Numbered from the stretch's first letter, positions 30,514-41,971 are shown. The stretch is DNA of 51,692 nucleotides from Candidatus Niameybacter stercoravium (GCA_018883975.1 JAHLFD010000245.1:1-51692); one strand, 5' to 3'. Notes: generated by a model not told the origin, from the letters alone. Numbers and translations: made by a program.

Positions 30514-31887
30514 GTGCAATCGGTGAAAACGAAATCCATTATATTAGCGGCAGGTCAAGGAACTCGCATGAAGTCTAGTACTTCTAAAGTACTTCATGAA
30601 ATTTTTCATAAGCCATTAGTTTATTATCCTATTGAGGCAGCTAGATATGCAGGTGCACAAGAAGTATGTCTGGTAGTAGGACATAAATCAGAAGAAGTTA
30701 TGAAAACTTTTGGAGATACTGTAAAATATGCATTGCAGGCAGAGAGGTTAGGAACGGGACATGCTGTCATGCAGGCAATGGATTTTATTGGAGATGAAGG
30801 AGAAATTCTTGTTCTTTATGGAGATACACCACTTATTACAGCTCAGACAATAGAGAAAATGCTTGCTTTTCATAGAAAAAAGAAAAATGCTGTAACTGTA
30901 CTTTCAGCTTTAGTGGATGACCCTACAGGATATGGCCGTATTGTAAGAGATGAGAGTAAACACTTTGTCAAAATTGTAGAGCAAAAAGATGCGACGGATG
31001 AAGAAAAACGTATTACAGAGATTAATGGCGGGATGTATGTTTTTGAAGCTAAGCACTTAAAATCTGCCCTTTCTAAAATTACAAACAATAATAAACAACA
31101 GGAGTATTACTTAACAGATACTATAGAGATTTTACTCCATGAGGGTTATAATGTAGATGCTATTGCTATTATGAATCCAGACGATATATTAGGTGTTAAC
31201 TCTAGAGAGCAGTTAGCACAGGCAACTACTATTATGAAGCAACGCATTAATAGAAAACATATGGATAATGGTGTTACTTTAATAGACCCTCATCATACGT
31301 ATATTGATCCAGAAGTTGAAATTGGGCAAGATACAGTTATAGAGCCAGGATGCATCATAGAGGGAAATACATCCATCGGAGAAAACTGCATCATTGGTTA
31401 TAATACTAAAATCAGAAACTGTAAGATAGGCAATAGCGTTGCTATAGAATCTAGCATGCTTATTGATAGCCAGATAGATGAAGGATGTCATATAGGACCA
31501 TTTGCTTATATTAGACCAAACAGTCATATAGGAGCAAAGGTAAAGATTGGTGATTTTGTAGAGATTAAAAATGCCACAATTGGAGAAGGAACAAAAGTGT
31601 CTCATTTAACCTATATAGGTGATGCAGATGTAGGATGTGATGTGAACTTTGGATGTGGTACAGTAGTTGTAAACTATGATGGAGAGAAGAAACATCGTAC
31701 TACAATAAAAGATCATGCTTTTATTGGCTGTAATACAAACCTAGTATCTCCTGTGGTAATAGAGGAAAATGTTTACACAGCAGCAGGTTCTACCATTACA
31801 CAAGATGTACCTAAAAACAGTTTAGCTATTGCAAGAGCAAGACAAGAAAATAAGCCTGAATGGGTAACAAAAAAACGACAGAAATAG
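30514..31887 (+). CDS. glmU: Bifunctional UDP-GlcNAc pyrophosphorylase / glucosamine-1-P acetyltransferase
   Basis: ILAAGQGTRMKS, LGTGHAV, EYYLTD, hexapeptide repeats, HLTYIGDA, NYDG; start may be GTG 30523. Confidence 0.97.
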   Translation: MQSVKTKSIILAAGQGTRMKSSTSKVLHEIFHKPLVYYPIEAARYAGAQEVCLVVGHKSEEVMKTFGDTVKYALQAERLGTGHAVMQAMDFIGDEGEILVLYGDTPLITAQTIEKMLAFHRKKKNAVTVLSALVDDPTGYGRIVRDESKHFVKIVEQKDATDEEKRITEINGGMYVFEAKHLKSALSKITNNNKQQEYYLTDTIEILLHEGYNVDAIAIMNPDDILGVNSREQLAQATTIMKQRINRKHMDNGVTLIDPHHTYIDPEVEIGQDTVIEPGCIIEGNTSIGENCIIGYNTKIRNCKIGNSVAIESSMLIDSQIDEGCHIGPFAYIRPNSHIGAKVKIGDFVEIKNATIGEGTKVSHLTYIGDADVGCDVNFGCGTVVVNYDGEKKHRTTIKDHAFIGCNTNLVSPVVIEENVYTAAGSTITQDVPKNSLAIARARQENKPEWVTKKRQK

Positions 31888-32001
31888 GCGAAATATTTAC
31901 TAAAAATGTATAAAAACGTTCATATAAGTTGCAATTTATCCTCAGTATGATATAATGTTGTCGATTTAGTGGACGTAGATTCTTAAGGAGGACTTAATCA
32001 A

Positions 32002-32958
32002 ATGATTAGAAATTATGCTGATATCAAAGTGTTTACCTGCAATGCACACCCACAACTTGCAGAAGAAATTGCTAAGTGTTTAGGTGTTACACTTGGAAAA
32101 TCTGAGGTGTTAAGATTTAGTGATGGAGAAGTTTCAGTAAAAATTGATGAAAAAGTACGTGGCACCGACGTTTTCATTATTCAACCGACTTCAACTCCTG
32201 CTAATGAACATCTTATGGAATTACTTATTATGATTGATGCTATGAAACGTGCATCAGCTGGTCGTATTACAGCAGTTATTCCATACTATGGATATGCAAG
32301 ACAAGATAGAAAAACAAGAGCGAGAGATCCAATCAGCTCAAAACTTGTAGCAGACATCCTTCAAACAGCAGGTGCAGACCGTGTTCTTACAATGGATCTT
32401 CACTGTGCACAAATTCAAGGATTCTTCAACATTCCTTTAGATCACTTAGTAGGTATGCCATTACTTACTAAATACTACACAGATAAACTTGATGGCAACA
32501 CAGATGATGTTGTTGCAGTTTCTCCAGACTTAGGAAGTGTAGGTCGTGTTAGAGGATTTGCTACAAAATTAGATATTCCTATCGCTATCATTGATAAGAG
32601 AAGACCAAAAGCTAATGTATCTGAAATTATGAACATCATCGGTGATGTAGCTGGAAAACGTGTTATCTTAGTAGATGATATGATTGATACAGCAGGTACA
32701 ATTTGTAATGCAGCAAATGCATTAAAAGAAAGAGGGGCAACAGCTGTATATGCATGCTGTACACACGGTGTATTATCTGGCCCAGCTTTAGAAAGAATTA
32801 ATGAATCAGCTATTGAAGAGCTTGTAGTACTTAATACAATTGCTCTTCCAGAAGAAAAAAGAATCTCAAAAATTAAAGAGATTTCTGTGGCAGAAATCTT
32901 CGCAGATGCAATTAGACGTATCCATGAAGATTTATCAGTTTCTAAATTATTTGATTAA
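32002..32958 (+). CDS. prs: Ribose-phosphate pyrophosphokinase
   Basis: [29 protein letters not shown]. Confidence 0.98.
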   Translation: MIRNYADIKVFTCNAHPQLAEEIAKCLGVTLGKSEVLRFSDGEVSVKIDEKVRGTDVFIIQPTSTPANEHLMELLIMIDAMKRASAGRITAVIPYYGYARQDRKTRARDPISSKLVADILQTAGADRVLTMDLHCAQIQGFFNIPLDHLVGMPLLTKYYTDKLDGNTDDVVAVSPDLGSVGRVRGFATKLDIPIAIIDKRRPKANVSEIMNIIGDVAGKRVILVDDMIDTAGTICNAANALKERGATAVYACCTHGVLSGPALERINESAIEELVVLNTIALPEEKRISKIKEISVAEIFADAIRRIHEDLSVSKLFD

Positions 32959-32965
32959 TGCTTGT

Positions 32966-32996
32966 AAAGGGTTTAGATTTTTATCTAAACCCTTTT
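32966..32996 (+). terminator. Intrinsic terminator
   Basis: AAAGGGTTTAGAT-TTTT-ATCTAAACCCTTTT. Confidence 0.85.
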
Positions 32997-33073
32997 GTTA
33001 TGCCTTAAAAAAGGTATAATATATAATAGGATAATGAACTTATTATACATAAAGCATAAGATGGAGGAACAAT

Positions 33074-33646
33074 ATGAAATTAATCGTTGGATTAGGTAAT
33101 CCGGGACTACAATATGATGGAACTAGACATAATATAGGATTCGAAGCCATAGACAAACTTGCTGATATACATCATATCAGTGTAAATAGAGGTAAATTTA
33201 AAGCTTTGGTTGGAGAAGGAACAATCGGAGGAGAAAAGGTAGTTCTTATGAAACCTCAGACTTATATGAACTTAAGTGGAGAGGCTATTGCAGCATGCAA
33301 GAGCTGGTATAAGTTGGAAAACGAAGATATAATTATAATGTATGATGATACCTCTTTAGGTGTAGGAGATATTCGTATTCGTAAAAATGGTAGCAGTGGT
33401 GGGCACAACGGTATTAAAAGCATCATTGCACATTTAAGTACAGAAGTTTTCCCAAGAGTTAAAATTGGGGTGGGTCAAAAACCAAATGGTTGGGATTTAG
33501 GTGACTATGTACTTGGCAAATTTACAGATGATGATAAGAAAGTGCTTGAGCCAAGGCTTAAAGTCGTTTGTGAAGCTGTAGAAACAATGCTTAAAAAAGA
33601 TGTGGATACAGCAATGAATAACTATAATGGTAAGACAAGACGGTGA
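33074..33646 (+). CDS. pth: Peptidyl-tRNA hydrolase
   Basis: LIVGLGNPG..Y..TRHNIGF, KPQTYMNLSG, GGHNG. Confidence 0.97.
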   Translation: MKLIVGLGNPGLQYDGTRHNIGFEAIDKLADIHHISVNRGKFKALVGEGTIGGEKVVLMKPQTYMNLSGEAIAACKSWYKLENEDIIIMYDDTSLGVGDIRIRKNGSSGGHNGIKSIIAHLSTEVFPRVKIGVGQKPNGWDLGDYVLGKFTDDDKKVLEPRLKVVCEAVETMLKKDVDTAMNNYNGKTRR

Positions 33647-33650
33647 TCAT

Positions 33651-36600
33651 ATGGATTATAAACGTAAGATGCTTATTAATCCCTTAACAGATATTGAGGG
33701 ATTTAATGAGTTCCTTTATAAGTTTCAAAGTACACATAAAGGAAAAGTAGTTGGGACAGTAGATGCCTGTAAAGCTCATTTTATTTATAGTACATCTGCA
33801 CTTATAGGCAAAACGCCTGTCATCATTACACCAGATGAAATCAGTGCAAGAAAGCTTTATGATGACTTACAGTATTTATATGAAGAAACAAAAGTATATC
33901 TCTATCCTGCTAGAGATATACTCTTTTATAATGCCGATGTACACAGTATGGATATTACTGCAGAACGTATGAAAATTATAGAGGCTTTACTGCATGAGCA
34001 GGAAGCTATTTTAATTATACCTGCAGAAGCGTTACTTAATCCTCTTTCACCTAAAGAAACATGGCTTTCCTATCAGAAGGAATTAAAAGAAGGAAGCATA
34101 GTAGATATTAAGAAGTTAGGAACTTACTTGATGGAAATTGGATATGAGCGTGTAGGCAAAGTGGAGGGAATAGGACAATTTGCTATTAGAGGAGGGATTA
34201 TAGATTTATATCCTCCTAATAGTATTATGCCTTATCGTATTGAGTTATGGGATGATGAGATTGATTCTATTCGTACTTTTAATCCTTCTACACAAAGGTC
34301 CATAGAAAAGGTAAAGCAGATTCTTGTTGTTCCTAATCAGGAGATTATTTTCCCACTTACACTTTTACAAAATGCCTTGCCGGCTATTAAAGAGGACCTC
34401 AAAGTAGTAACAGACAAGCTTAGAAGTGAGGGGAAAAAAGAAAGTGCCAAGGCCATTGAAGAGCAGGTTAAAGAGCATATGGAACAAATTCAGGAAGGTC
34501 TAACTATAGAGGGGCTTGAGACGTATATTCCATATACCAATTTACAGACTGTCTCTATATTAGACTATCTCCCTGCTGATACGATCATTTATGTAGATGA
34601 ACCTGCTAAAGTAAGAGATAAATGTGATAGGCTCTATGAAGAATATAGAAGTAGTATGATGGACCGATTAAATTATGGACATATTCTAGCAGGGCAGATG
34701 GAGTTCGTTTTTGAATATGAAGAAGCCGTATATACCATACAAAAAAGGCCTGTTATAAGTTTAAACAATTTCTTAAAGACAGATACAGATTTTGAGACAG
34801 ACAATCAGCTTTCTATAGCAGTGTATGAGAATAATACATTTTATAATAGTTTAGATCTACTTGAGAAGGATATTAAAGAGTGGAAACAAAGCAATAAAAA
34901 AATTATTATACTAGCTGGTATTAGGGCTAAAGCTATGAGACTGATGGAAGAGCTTGAGGTACGCGGCATACTGACCACATATAGTGAAACTTTATCTGAT
35001 GAACTGCAAAAAGGACAAGTTGTTATTACAAAAGGCTCTCTTAGTAAAGGGTTTGTCTATGAAGGCATAGATTTTTATGTTATTGCAGATAAAGACTTAT
35101 TTGGAAAAGAAAAGAAAAAGGTAAAGGTCAAGAAGAAACATAAAGGAAGTAAGATAGATAGTTTCTTAGATCTTACACCTGGAGACTATGTAGTTCATGA
35201 GAATCATGGTATTGGTATTTTTAAAGGCATTGAGCAAATAGTTATAGAGGGTATTGCAAGGGACAATTTAAAAATAGAGTATGCTAATAATTCTACACTT
35301 TATGTAAATATTAATCAGATGGATATGGTGCAGAAATATGTAGGTGCAGAAAGTAAATCCCCTAAACTTAGTAAGCTTGGAACAGCAGAATGGAAGAAGT
35401 CTAAGGCAAAGGTAAAAGGTGCTATTCAAGATATTGCTAAAGACTTGATTAAACTTTATAGTACGAGATACAATGCTAGAGGTTTTGCCTACGAAGAAGA
35501 TTCTATTTGGCAGAAAGAGTTTGAAGAAATGTTCCCATATGAAGAGACATCGGATCAGCTTGAAGCTATAGAAGATGTGAAAAAAGATATGGAAAGTAAT
35601 AAGATTATGGATAGGCTGGTATGTGGTGATGTAGGCTATGGTAAAACTGAAGTTGCCATAAGAGCAGCTTTTAAAGCTGTGCAAAATAATAAGCAAGTTG
35701 CCTATCTAGTGCCTACTACTATTTTAGCACAGCAGCATTTTCAACGATTTGAAGAGCGTATGGCTAACTATCCTATTAATGTGGGTGTACTGTCTAGATT
35801 TAGGACACCAAAGCAGATTAAAGAGACCTTAGAAGGTATTAGAAAGGGTACCATAGATATTGTTATTGGCACACATAGATTACTTTCTAAGGATGTTCAG
35901 TTTAGAGATTTAGGTTTACTCATCATAGATGAGGAGCAACGCTTTGGTGTTAAGCATAAAGAAAAGCTTAAACAAATACGTACAGAAGTAGATGTACTTA
36001 CACTTACAGCAACACCAATACCTCGTACACTTCATATGAGTTTAATTGGTGTACGTGATATGAGCGTTTTAGAAGAAGCTCCGTTAGAACGAAGACCTGT
36101 CCAAACATATGTATTAGAGTATAGTGAAGACTTTATTAAAGATGCTATACACAGGGAACTTGGGAGGGATGGACAAGTTTACTTCCTATATAACCAAGTA
36201 AGAGATATTGAAGAAAAGGCTATGCAAATTCAGAAGATGGTACCTGCTGCAAAAGTAGGATTTGCTCATGGTCAGATGAGTGAAAGAGAATTAGAAAATA
36301 TTATGATGGCCTTTATTGAAAAGGAAATTAATGTGCTTGTATGCACTACAATAGTTGAAACAGGCCTTGATATTGCTAATGCAAATACTATCATTATTAA
36401 TAACGCAGATCGCATGGGACTTAGTCAGCTTTATCAATTACGTGGACGTGTAGGTCGTTCTAACAAAGCGGCCTATGCTTATTTGATGTACCAAAAGGAT
36501 AAGGTGCTTAAAGAAATTGCTGAGAAGAGGCTTCAAGCTATTAAGCAATTTACGCAACTTGGTGCAGGCTTTAAAATTGCTATGCGAGATCTAGAGATTA

Positions 36601-37181
36601 GAGGAGCAGGAAATCTTCTTGGGGCTCAGCAACATGGACATATGGAAGCTATCGGTTATGATTTATACTGCAAGATGCTACAGGAAGCTGTGGCGCTTGA
36701 AAAAGGTGAACCTGTAAAAGAAAGCTTTGAAACAACTATTGAGATGAAAGTTAATGCGTATATTCCAGCTAGCTATATATTAGATGAAGTAGAAAGGCTA
36801 GATATTTATAAAAAGATTGCGTCTATCCAAGGCGAAAAGGATTACTATGATGTGCAAGAAGAACTAGAAGATCGCTATGGCACATTGCCAAACAGTGTTC
36901 AGAACCTTATTGATATTGCACTTGTTAAGTGGGAAGCTAATCAGATTGATATTACTTTGGTTTCGGAAGTAGAAGGACATCTTACTTTTAAATTTAAGGA
37001 AGATGCGCAACTTGATCCTACCTGTCTGCCTGAGGTACTGCAAACTTATGGAAGAAAGATTAAGTTTGTAAGTGGTAAGGAAGTTATGCTTAAATTAGAT
37101 GCAACAGATATTCCTAAGAAAGGCCTGATTGATTATATTAAGAATGTATTACATTTGTTCAAGAAATTGAAGAGCATTTAA
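33651..37181 (+). CDS. mfd: Transcription-repair coupling factor
   Basis: [56 protein letters not shown]; exact start uncertain. Confidence 0.97.
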   Translation: MDYKRKMLINPLTDIEGFNEFLYKFQSTHKGKVVGTVDACKAHFIYSTSALIGKTPVIITPDEISARKLYDDLQYLYEETKVYLYPARDILFYNADVHSMDITAERMKIIEALLHEQEAILIIPAEALLNPLSPKETWLSYQKELKEGSIVDIKKLGTYLMEIGYERVGKVEGIGQFAIRGGIIDLYPPNSIMPYRIELWDDEIDSIRTFNPSTQRSIEKVKQILVVPNQEIIFPLTLLQNALPAIKEDLKVVTDKLRSEGKKESAKAIEEQVKEHMEQIQEGLTIEGLETYIPYTNLQTVSILDYLPADTIIYVDEPAKVRDKCDRLYEEYRSSMMDRLNYGHILAGQMEFVFEYEEAVYTIQKRPVISLNNFLKTDTDFETDNQLSIAVYENNTFYNSLDLLEKDIKEWKQSNKKIIILAGIRAKAMRLMEELEVRGILTTYSETLSDELQKGQVVITKGSLSKGFVYEGIDFYVIADKDLFGKEKKKVKVKKKHKGSKIDSFLDLTPGDYVVHENHGIGIFKGIEQIVIEGIARDNLKIEYANNSTLYVNINQMDMVQKYVGAESKSPKLSKLGTAEWKKSKAKVKGAIQDIAKDLIKLYSTRYNARGFAYEEDSIWQKEFEEMFPYEETSDQLEAIEDVKKDMESNKIMDRLVCGDVGYGKTEVAIRAAFKAVQNNKQVAYLVPTTILAQQHFQRFEERMANYPINVGVLSRFRTPKQIKETLEGIRKGTIDIVIGTHRLLSKDVQFRDLGLLIIDEEQRFGVKHKEKLKQIRTEVDVLTLTATPIPRTLHMSLIGVRDMSVLEEAPLERRPVQTYVLEYSEDFIKDAIHRELGRDGQVYFLYNQVRDIEEKAMQIQKMVPAAKVGFAHGQMSERELENIMMAFIEKEINVLVCTTIVETGLDIANANTIIINNADRMGLSQLYQLRGRVGRSNKAAYAYLMYQKDKVLKEIAEKRLQAIKQFTQLGAGFKIAMRDLEIRGAGNLLGAQQHGHMEAIGYDLYCKMLQEAVALEKGEPVKESFETTIEMKVNAYIPASYILDEVERLDIYKKIASIQGEKDYYDVQEELEDRYGTLPNSVQNLIDIALVKWEANQIDITLVSEVEGHLTFKFKEDAQLDPTCLPEVLQTYGRKIKFVSGKEVMLKLDATDIPKKGLIDYIKNVLHLFKKLKSI

Positions 37182-37255
37182 TTTTACTTTATAATAAAGA
37201 TAAAAATTGAAGCATAAATGCAGATAATAAATCGACAGGTTAAGGAGAGATGGCA

Positions 37256-38323
37256 GTGAAAGGTATAAAAAAATTATTAGCATTAGCTCTAACAGGTGCA
37301 GTACTTATGACAAGTATAACAGGATGCGCCTTTGGTAATGGAAAAACAAGTAAAGCTGTAGTTGCTGTTATCAATGGAGAAAAAATTCCTGAATCTTTAT
37401 ATAGAATTTATCTTTGGTATACTCAACAGTATTTTGAACAAATTTCAGGCCCAGGTATTTGGGATATGGAAATTGAAGGACAAAAAACAGGTGATTTAGC
37501 TAAACAACGTGCATTAGAATCTAATATTCTTTCAGTTGTTGCCAATAAGAAAGCTGAGGATTTAGGAATCAAGATTTCTAAAGAAGATAAAAGAGCTGCA
37601 AAAGAAAATGCCGAGAGCTTTGTAAAGAGTAATCCTGAGATTATAGAGATTTATGGTTTTAATGAAGAAGATATTGAGCAGTTTCTTATTAGTACAGACA
37701 TTGTAAGTCTTGTAGAAGAGAAACTTGGGGAAAACTATATGCCTCAAGAAGAAGAAATTCAAAAGTATATTAATGAAAATAAGAGTGCTTATGAAGAAGT
37801 AACTGCTAAACATGTACTCATTAAGACTACAGATGAGAACCTGAATGAGCTTCCTAAGGAAGAGCAGGAAGCAAAACGTAAGCTGGCAACAGAAGTTTTA
37901 GATAAGGCTTTAGCTGGTGAAGATATGAGTGAGTTAGCAAGAACTTATTCAGAAGATCAAGGCTCACTTAATCAAGTAACAGGTGTAGCGGATGGTGAGT
38001 ACACCTTTAAACGTGGTAAAATGGTGAAAGAGTTTGAGGATGCAGCTTTTAATGGAGAAGATGGTAAGGTATGGCCAGAGCTTGTTAAAACAGCTTATGG
38101 ATATCATATTATTAAAACAGAAAAGCATATTCCGGCAAACGAAGAAGTAATGCGTGATGAATTCATTGCTGCTGCTAGAAGAGAATTTACAAATAATGAA
38201 TTTAATACAATGATTAGTAATGCAACTGTAGAGAAGACTGAGCTCTATGATACAATCTCTATTATAAGAGAGAGTGATATAGCAGAAGAAGTGCCTGAAA
38301 CGAATACTACTACAAATGAATAA
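37256..38323 (+). CDS. prsA: PrsA-like lipoprotein foldase (parvulin PPIase)
   Basis: Signal peptide with lipobox ITGC; AKHVLI, YSED.GS, MVKEFEDAAF, YGYHII; conserved position between mfd and spoVT. Confidence 0.85.
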   Translation: MKGIKKLLALALTGAVLMTSITGCAFGNGKTSKAVVAVINGEKIPESLYRIYLWYTQQYFEQISGPGIWDMEIEGQKTGDLAKQRALESNILSVVANKKAEDLGIKISKEDKRAAKENAESFVKSNPEIIEIYGFNEEDIEQFLISTDIVSLVEEKLGENYMPQEEEIQKYINENKSAYEEVTAKHVLIKTTDENLNELPKEEQEAKRKLATEVLDKALAGEDMSELARTYSEDQGSLNQVTGVADGEYTFKRGKMVKEFEDAAFNGEDGKVWPELVKTAYGYHIIKTEKHIPANEEVMRDEFIAAARREFTNNEFNTMISNATVEKTELYDTISIIRESDIAEEVPETNTTTNE

Positions 38324-38407
38324 AATGGATAAGGAAGAAGGAAAAGAGTGACTTATTAATATGAGCTCTTTTCTTTTTTTTATGCAAGTGAAACTCTAAC
38401 TGAAAAT

Positions 38408-38437
38408 GTATATTATAGAAAAAAAAGTAGCATAATA
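38408..38437 (+). promoter_or_regulatory. SigG-type forespore promoter of spoVT
   Basis: GTATA-18 bp-CATAATA fits the GHATR-18-CATAHTA consensus; spoVT is SigG-dependent in B. subtilis. Confidence 0.75.
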
Positions 38438-38494
38438 TACCTAAAGATTAAAGAACATTTATTCCCACTTCAGACAATTAAGGAGGTTGTTTAT

Positions 38495-39046
38495 TTGAAA
38501 GCAACAGGCATCGTTAGAAGAATAGATGATTTAGGACGCGTGGTTATTCCTAAAGAAATTCGCCGAACACTCAGAATTAGAGAAGGCGACCCGCTTGAAA
38601 TTTTTACAGATCATGATGGGCAAGTGATTTTAAAGAAATATTCGCCGGTAGGAGAGCTTAGTGCCTTTGCTAAGGAATATGCAGAAGCACTTGCACAAGC
38701 TACAGGACATATTACTTGTATTTCTGATAAAGATCAAATCATTGCTATTTCAGGAGGTTCTAAGAAAGAATTTCTAGATAAGAGTATCAGTAGTAACTTA
38801 GAGCGGGCTATTGAAGCACGTAGTCTTTTGCATGCAGCAAAAGAGGACTCTAAGTTTGTACCTATTTTATCAGAAGGTAGTACAGAAGGTTATTTTTCTG
38901 AAATTATATCTCCTATTATTTGTGAGGGAGATGCTATTGGAGCAGTTATTTTCCTATCTACCAATAAAGGCGCACATATGGGCGAAGTAGAAGAAAAACT
39001 CGCACAGTCAGCGTCAGGTTTTTTAGGAAGACAAATGGGCCAATAA
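38495..39046 (+). CDS. spoVT: Stage V sporulation protein T
   Basis: KATGIVRRIDDLGRVVIPKEIRRTLRIREGDPLEIF AbrB domain plus GAF domain; TTG start. Confidence 0.97.
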   Translation: MKATGIVRRIDDLGRVVIPKEIRRTLRIREGDPLEIFTDHDGQVILKKYSPVGELSAFAKEYAEALAQATGHITCISDKDQIIAISGGSKKEFLDKSISSNLERAIEARSLLHAAKEDSKFVPILSEGSTEGYFSEIISPIICEGDAIGAVIFLSTNKGAHMGEVEEKLAQSASGFLGRQMGQ

Positions 39047-39049
39047 AAG

Positions 39050-39087
39050 AATGCCAGTAACTATTTTGTATAAGTTGCTGGCATTTT
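39050..39087 (+). terminator. Intrinsic terminator
   Basis: AATGCCAGTAACT...AGTTGCTGGCATTTT. Confidence 0.75.
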
Positions 39088-39120
39088 ATATGATACAATA
39101 AATTTAAAGAGGTGATGAAT

Positions 39121-39918
39121 ATGAAAGATAAAAAGTATACATACCAAGAGTTATTAGAGATTATTGCAAAGCTTAGAAGTGAAGAAGGATGCGCATGGGA
39201 TAGAGAGCAGACTCATGAATCATTGAAAGCACCTTTATTAGAAGAGAGCTATGAACTTGTAGATGCTATTAATAATAAAGATATGGGTAATATGAAAGAG
39301 GAGCTTGGAGATGTACTACTTCAAGTACTTATGCACGCTCAAATTGCAAGTGAACAGGGAACATTTACTATGGAAGATGTAGTAGATGGTATTGCATCTA
39401 AGTTAGTTTATAGACACCCTCATGTATTTGGAACTGAAGAAAAGACAAATGATACCTCAAAAATTCTCCAAAATTGGGAGATGCTTAAGAAAAAAGAGAA
39501 AAATGAGCAAAGCCAGACGGAATCTATGATGCGTATTACAAAGGCCCTTCCAGCCCTTACAAGAGCTTACAAAGTGCAGAAAAAAGCAGCTTCTGTAGGA
39601 TTTATGTGGGATAGCTATGAACCTATTATTGACAAGGTTTTGGAGGAACTTGAAGAGCTTAAAATAGAGATTAAATCAGGTAATAAACAGAACATGAATG
39701 CTGAATTAGGAGATGTTTTGTTTTCTGTGGTTAATTTATCTTATTTTTTAGAAATAAATCCGGAATTTGCCTTGACAAACACTACGGAAAAGTTTATAAA
39801 TAGATTTAGATATATTGAAAATTCGGCGTTTGCTAAGGAAAAACAACTAACGCAAATGACATTGGAAGAGATGGATCAGCTATGGCAAGAATCTAAAAAA
39901 GTTGAATTAAACATCTAA
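39121..39918 (+). CDS. mazG: MazG nucleoside triphosphate pyrophosphohydrolase (tandem domain, no methylase domain)
   Basis: LR...GC.WD.EQT..SL, EE.YE, EELGDVL, RHPHVF, second ELGDVLF. Confidence 0.93.
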   Translation: MKDKKYTYQELLEIIAKLRSEEGCAWDREQTHESLKAPLLEESYELVDAINNKDMGNMKEELGDVLLQVLMHAQIASEQGTFTMEDVVDGIASKLVYRHPHVFGTEEKTNDTSKILQNWEMLKKKEKNEQSQTESMMRITKALPALTRAYKVQKKAASVGFMWDSYEPIIDKVLEELEELKIEIKSGNKQNMNAELGDVLFSVVNLSYFLEINPEFALTNTTEKFINRFRYIENSAFAKEKQLTQMTLEEMDQLWQESKKVELNI

Positions 39919-39969
39919 TTTTCAATACATAATATCCATGTATGTACATGAATAGAGGAGGAACTCATT

Positions 39970-40245
39970 ATGAACAAATCTGAATTAGTAGCAGCTATGG
40001 CTGCAAAAGCTGAAATTAGTAAAAAAGACGCTGAAAAAGCTTTAAAAGCTTTTGAAGATGCAGTTATGGAAGAACTTACAAACAATGGTAAGGTGCAATT
40101 AGTTGGATTTGGTACATTCGAAGTTACTGAAAGAAAACCACGTGTTGGTAGAAATCCAAAAACAAACGAAGAAATCCAAATTCCAGGGGGCAAAGCTCCT
40201 AAATTTAAAGCTGGTAAAGCTTTAAAAGATGCTGTAAATCAATAA
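39970..40245 (+). CDS. hup: DNA-binding protein HU
   Basis: MNKSEL, VQLVGFGTF, GRNPKT, PKFKAGK.LKD. Confidence 0.97.
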   Translation: MNKSELVAAMAAKAEISKKDAEKALKAFEDAVMEELTNNGKVQLVGFGTFEVTERKPRVGRNPKTNEEIQIPGGKAPKFKAGKALKDAVNQ

Positions 40246-40261
40246 TTTATTGATAGATGAG

Positions 40262-40290
40262 AGAATCTACACATTGTGTAGATTCTTTTT
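40262..40290 (+). terminator. Intrinsic terminator after hup
   Basis: AGAATCTACAC-ATT-GTGTAGATTCT followed by T tract. Confidence 0.85.
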
Positions 40291-40314
40291 ATCTATACAA
40301 GAAAGGAATTTTTT

Positions 40315-40554
40315 ATGCGTATTGATAAATATTTAAAACTTACAAGAATTATTAAAAGACGTACTATAGCACAGGAAGCTTGTGACCAAGGGCGTGTAAG
40401 CATTAATGATAAAGTAGTAAAGGCCTCTAACAATGTGAAAATAGGAGACGTTATCCAAATTCAATTTGGTGAGAAACTTTTAAAATATGAAGTTCTCGAT
40501 ATTAAAGAGCATGTAAAAAAAGAAGATACAGAAAGCTTATATCGCATGTTGTAA
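40315..40554 (+). CDS. yabO: S4-domain RNA-binding protein YabO/RqcP (Hsp15 family)
   Basis: MRIDKYLK..RIIKRRT.A...C..GRV..N....K.S..VK.GD. Confidence 0.92.
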   Translation: MRIDKYLKLTRIIKRRTIAQEACDQGRVSINDKVVKASNNVKIGDVIQIQFGEKLLKYEVLDIKEHVKKEDTESLYRML

Positions 40555-40619
40555 TAAAAATCTATCCACCTCAATATAAATAAGTAGTAAGAACTTATTA
40601 TAAAGGGGTGGATTTTTGT

Positions 40620-40898
40620 ATGGATGAGAAGATATCCAAGAAACATGCAGTAAATCTCATAGACCGTGCTAGGCTTAATATGACAGGTGTAACAGATGTT
40701 TTTGCGTTTGATGAGAAGGTAATAGAGCTTGAGACTGTAGATGGATACTTAGATATTGAGGGAGACGATTTGCACATCGTAAAAATGAATTTGGATAGTG
40801 GGGAATTAATTGTAGAAGGCCGTGTAACAGGACTAGCTTATCAAGATCAAAGTGGAACGAGCAAAAAGGGTTCATTAATAGCTCGTTTATTCAAATAA
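40620..40898 (+). CDS. yabP: Sporulation protein YabP
   Basis: H...L.DR..L..TGV.DV..FDE..I.LET..G.L.I.G..L; start moved to 40620. Confidence 0.92.
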   Translation: MDEKISKKHAVNLIDRARLNMTGVTDVFAFDEKVIELETVDGYLDIEGDDLHIVKMNLDSGELIVEGRVTGLAYQDQSGTSKKGSLIARLFK

Positions 40899-40910
40899 AA
40901 GAGGCGTAGA

Positions 40911-41429
40911 ATGAATCAAGTAGTTAATAGTCAAACCCTTCTATTTCTAACCTGTATAGAGATAGGCATTATTATGGGGATGTTCTATGATCTGATTAGG
41001 ATTTTCAGGAAGATCATTCCCCATCCTAATTGGCTTGTCCAAGTAGAGGATACATTGTATTGGGTTAGCGGCGCACTCATAGGCTTTGCTATCCTCTATA
41101 TGCATAATTACGGTAAAATTAGGTTTTTCGTGTTCCTCGGCATGCTTTTAGGTGGAGTACTCTACCTTTGTACATTTAGTATTATTTTTATGAAGTTTGC
41201 AACTTGGCTTATTGACCTGACGAAGCAAATTATAAATTACATCTTACATATTTTAAGCATCCCGATTAAGTGGGTAATCCATTTAATTAAGATTCCATTA
41301 AAGGCGTTCCAAAGATTGCTGTTGCGTCTTAATACATATCGCAGAAGACAAGCTAAGAAATTAAGTCGTAAGATTTATTATCAAAAGTCAGATGTGCGTT
41401 CACAATTAAAGTATAGTAAAACAAAGTGA
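40911..41429 (+). CDS. yabQ: Spore cortex biosynthesis protein YabQ
   Basis: YD..R..R, ED.LYW, N.G.IR motifs; follows yabP. Confidence 0.9.
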   Translation: MNQVVNSQTLLFLTCIEIGIIMGMFYDLIRIFRKIIPHPNWLVQVEDTLYWVSGALIGFAILYMHNYGKIRFFVFLGMLLGGVLYLCTFSIIFMKFATWLIDLTKQIINYILHILSIPIKWVIHLIKIPLKAFQRLLLRLNTYRRRQAKKLSRKIYYQKSDVRSQLKYSKTK

Positions 41430-41489
41430 TTTACAACTTTATCCAAACATATTAAAATTAGGTTATATGATTAATTAGGTGGGGTACAT

Positions 41490-41765
41490 ATGATGAACAA
41501 AAAAATAGTATGGCGTATAACACTTGTTGCCAGCATAGGTATACTAATCTATTTTGGATTTAAAACGATAGAACTTAATAAAGTCATAGATAGTGTAGAT
41601 GAACAGCTTATAGAAGCACAGAAAAAGCTAGAAAAAGAGAAAGCAGAACTTCAAGGATTAGAAGATGAACGTGACCACATGGAATCATTGGAGTATATAG
41701 AACGTGTAGCAAGAGATAAACTTGGAATGGTTAAAAAAGATGATATTGTATTTAAAGAGAAATAA
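41490..41765 (+). CDS. divIC: Septum formation initiator DivIC/FtsB family
   Basis: One TM, coiled coil, EYIERVARDKLGMVK..D motif; synteny. Confidence 0.85.
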   Translation: MMNKKIVWRITLVASIGILIYFGFKTIELNKVIDSVDEQLIEAQKKLEKEKAELQGLEDERDHMESLEYIERVARDKLGMVKKDDIVFKEK

Positions 41766-41772
41766 AGCATGA

Positions 41773-41819
41773 AAAACACGTCTTGATAGGATTTAGTATA
41801 CCTGTTAAAGACGTGTTTT
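41773..41819 (+). terminator. Intrinsic terminator
   Basis: AAAACACGTCTT...AAGACGTGTTTT. Confidence 0.8.
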
Positions 41820-41971
41820 AATGTTTTAGAAATAAATTTATTCCTTATAATACAAAAAAATAAAAATTTATATTATTATCTAAAAATGACATTAATGAAA
41901 TTACAAAAGATGCTAGACAAAAGGAGGAAGATAAGGATAGAATCAAAGAAAGAAGTTTTGAAGGAAAAGAG

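Noticed and set aside
39772-39800. Internal hup promoter within mazG (TTGACA-17 bp-TATAAA)
   Set aside because: Plausible, but the -10 lacks the conserved final T and lies in coding sequence; unsupported without TSS data.
41439-41447. Single DnaA-like box TTATCCAAA upstream of divIC
   Set aside because: One isolated one-mismatch 9-mer is expected by chance in AT-rich DNA.
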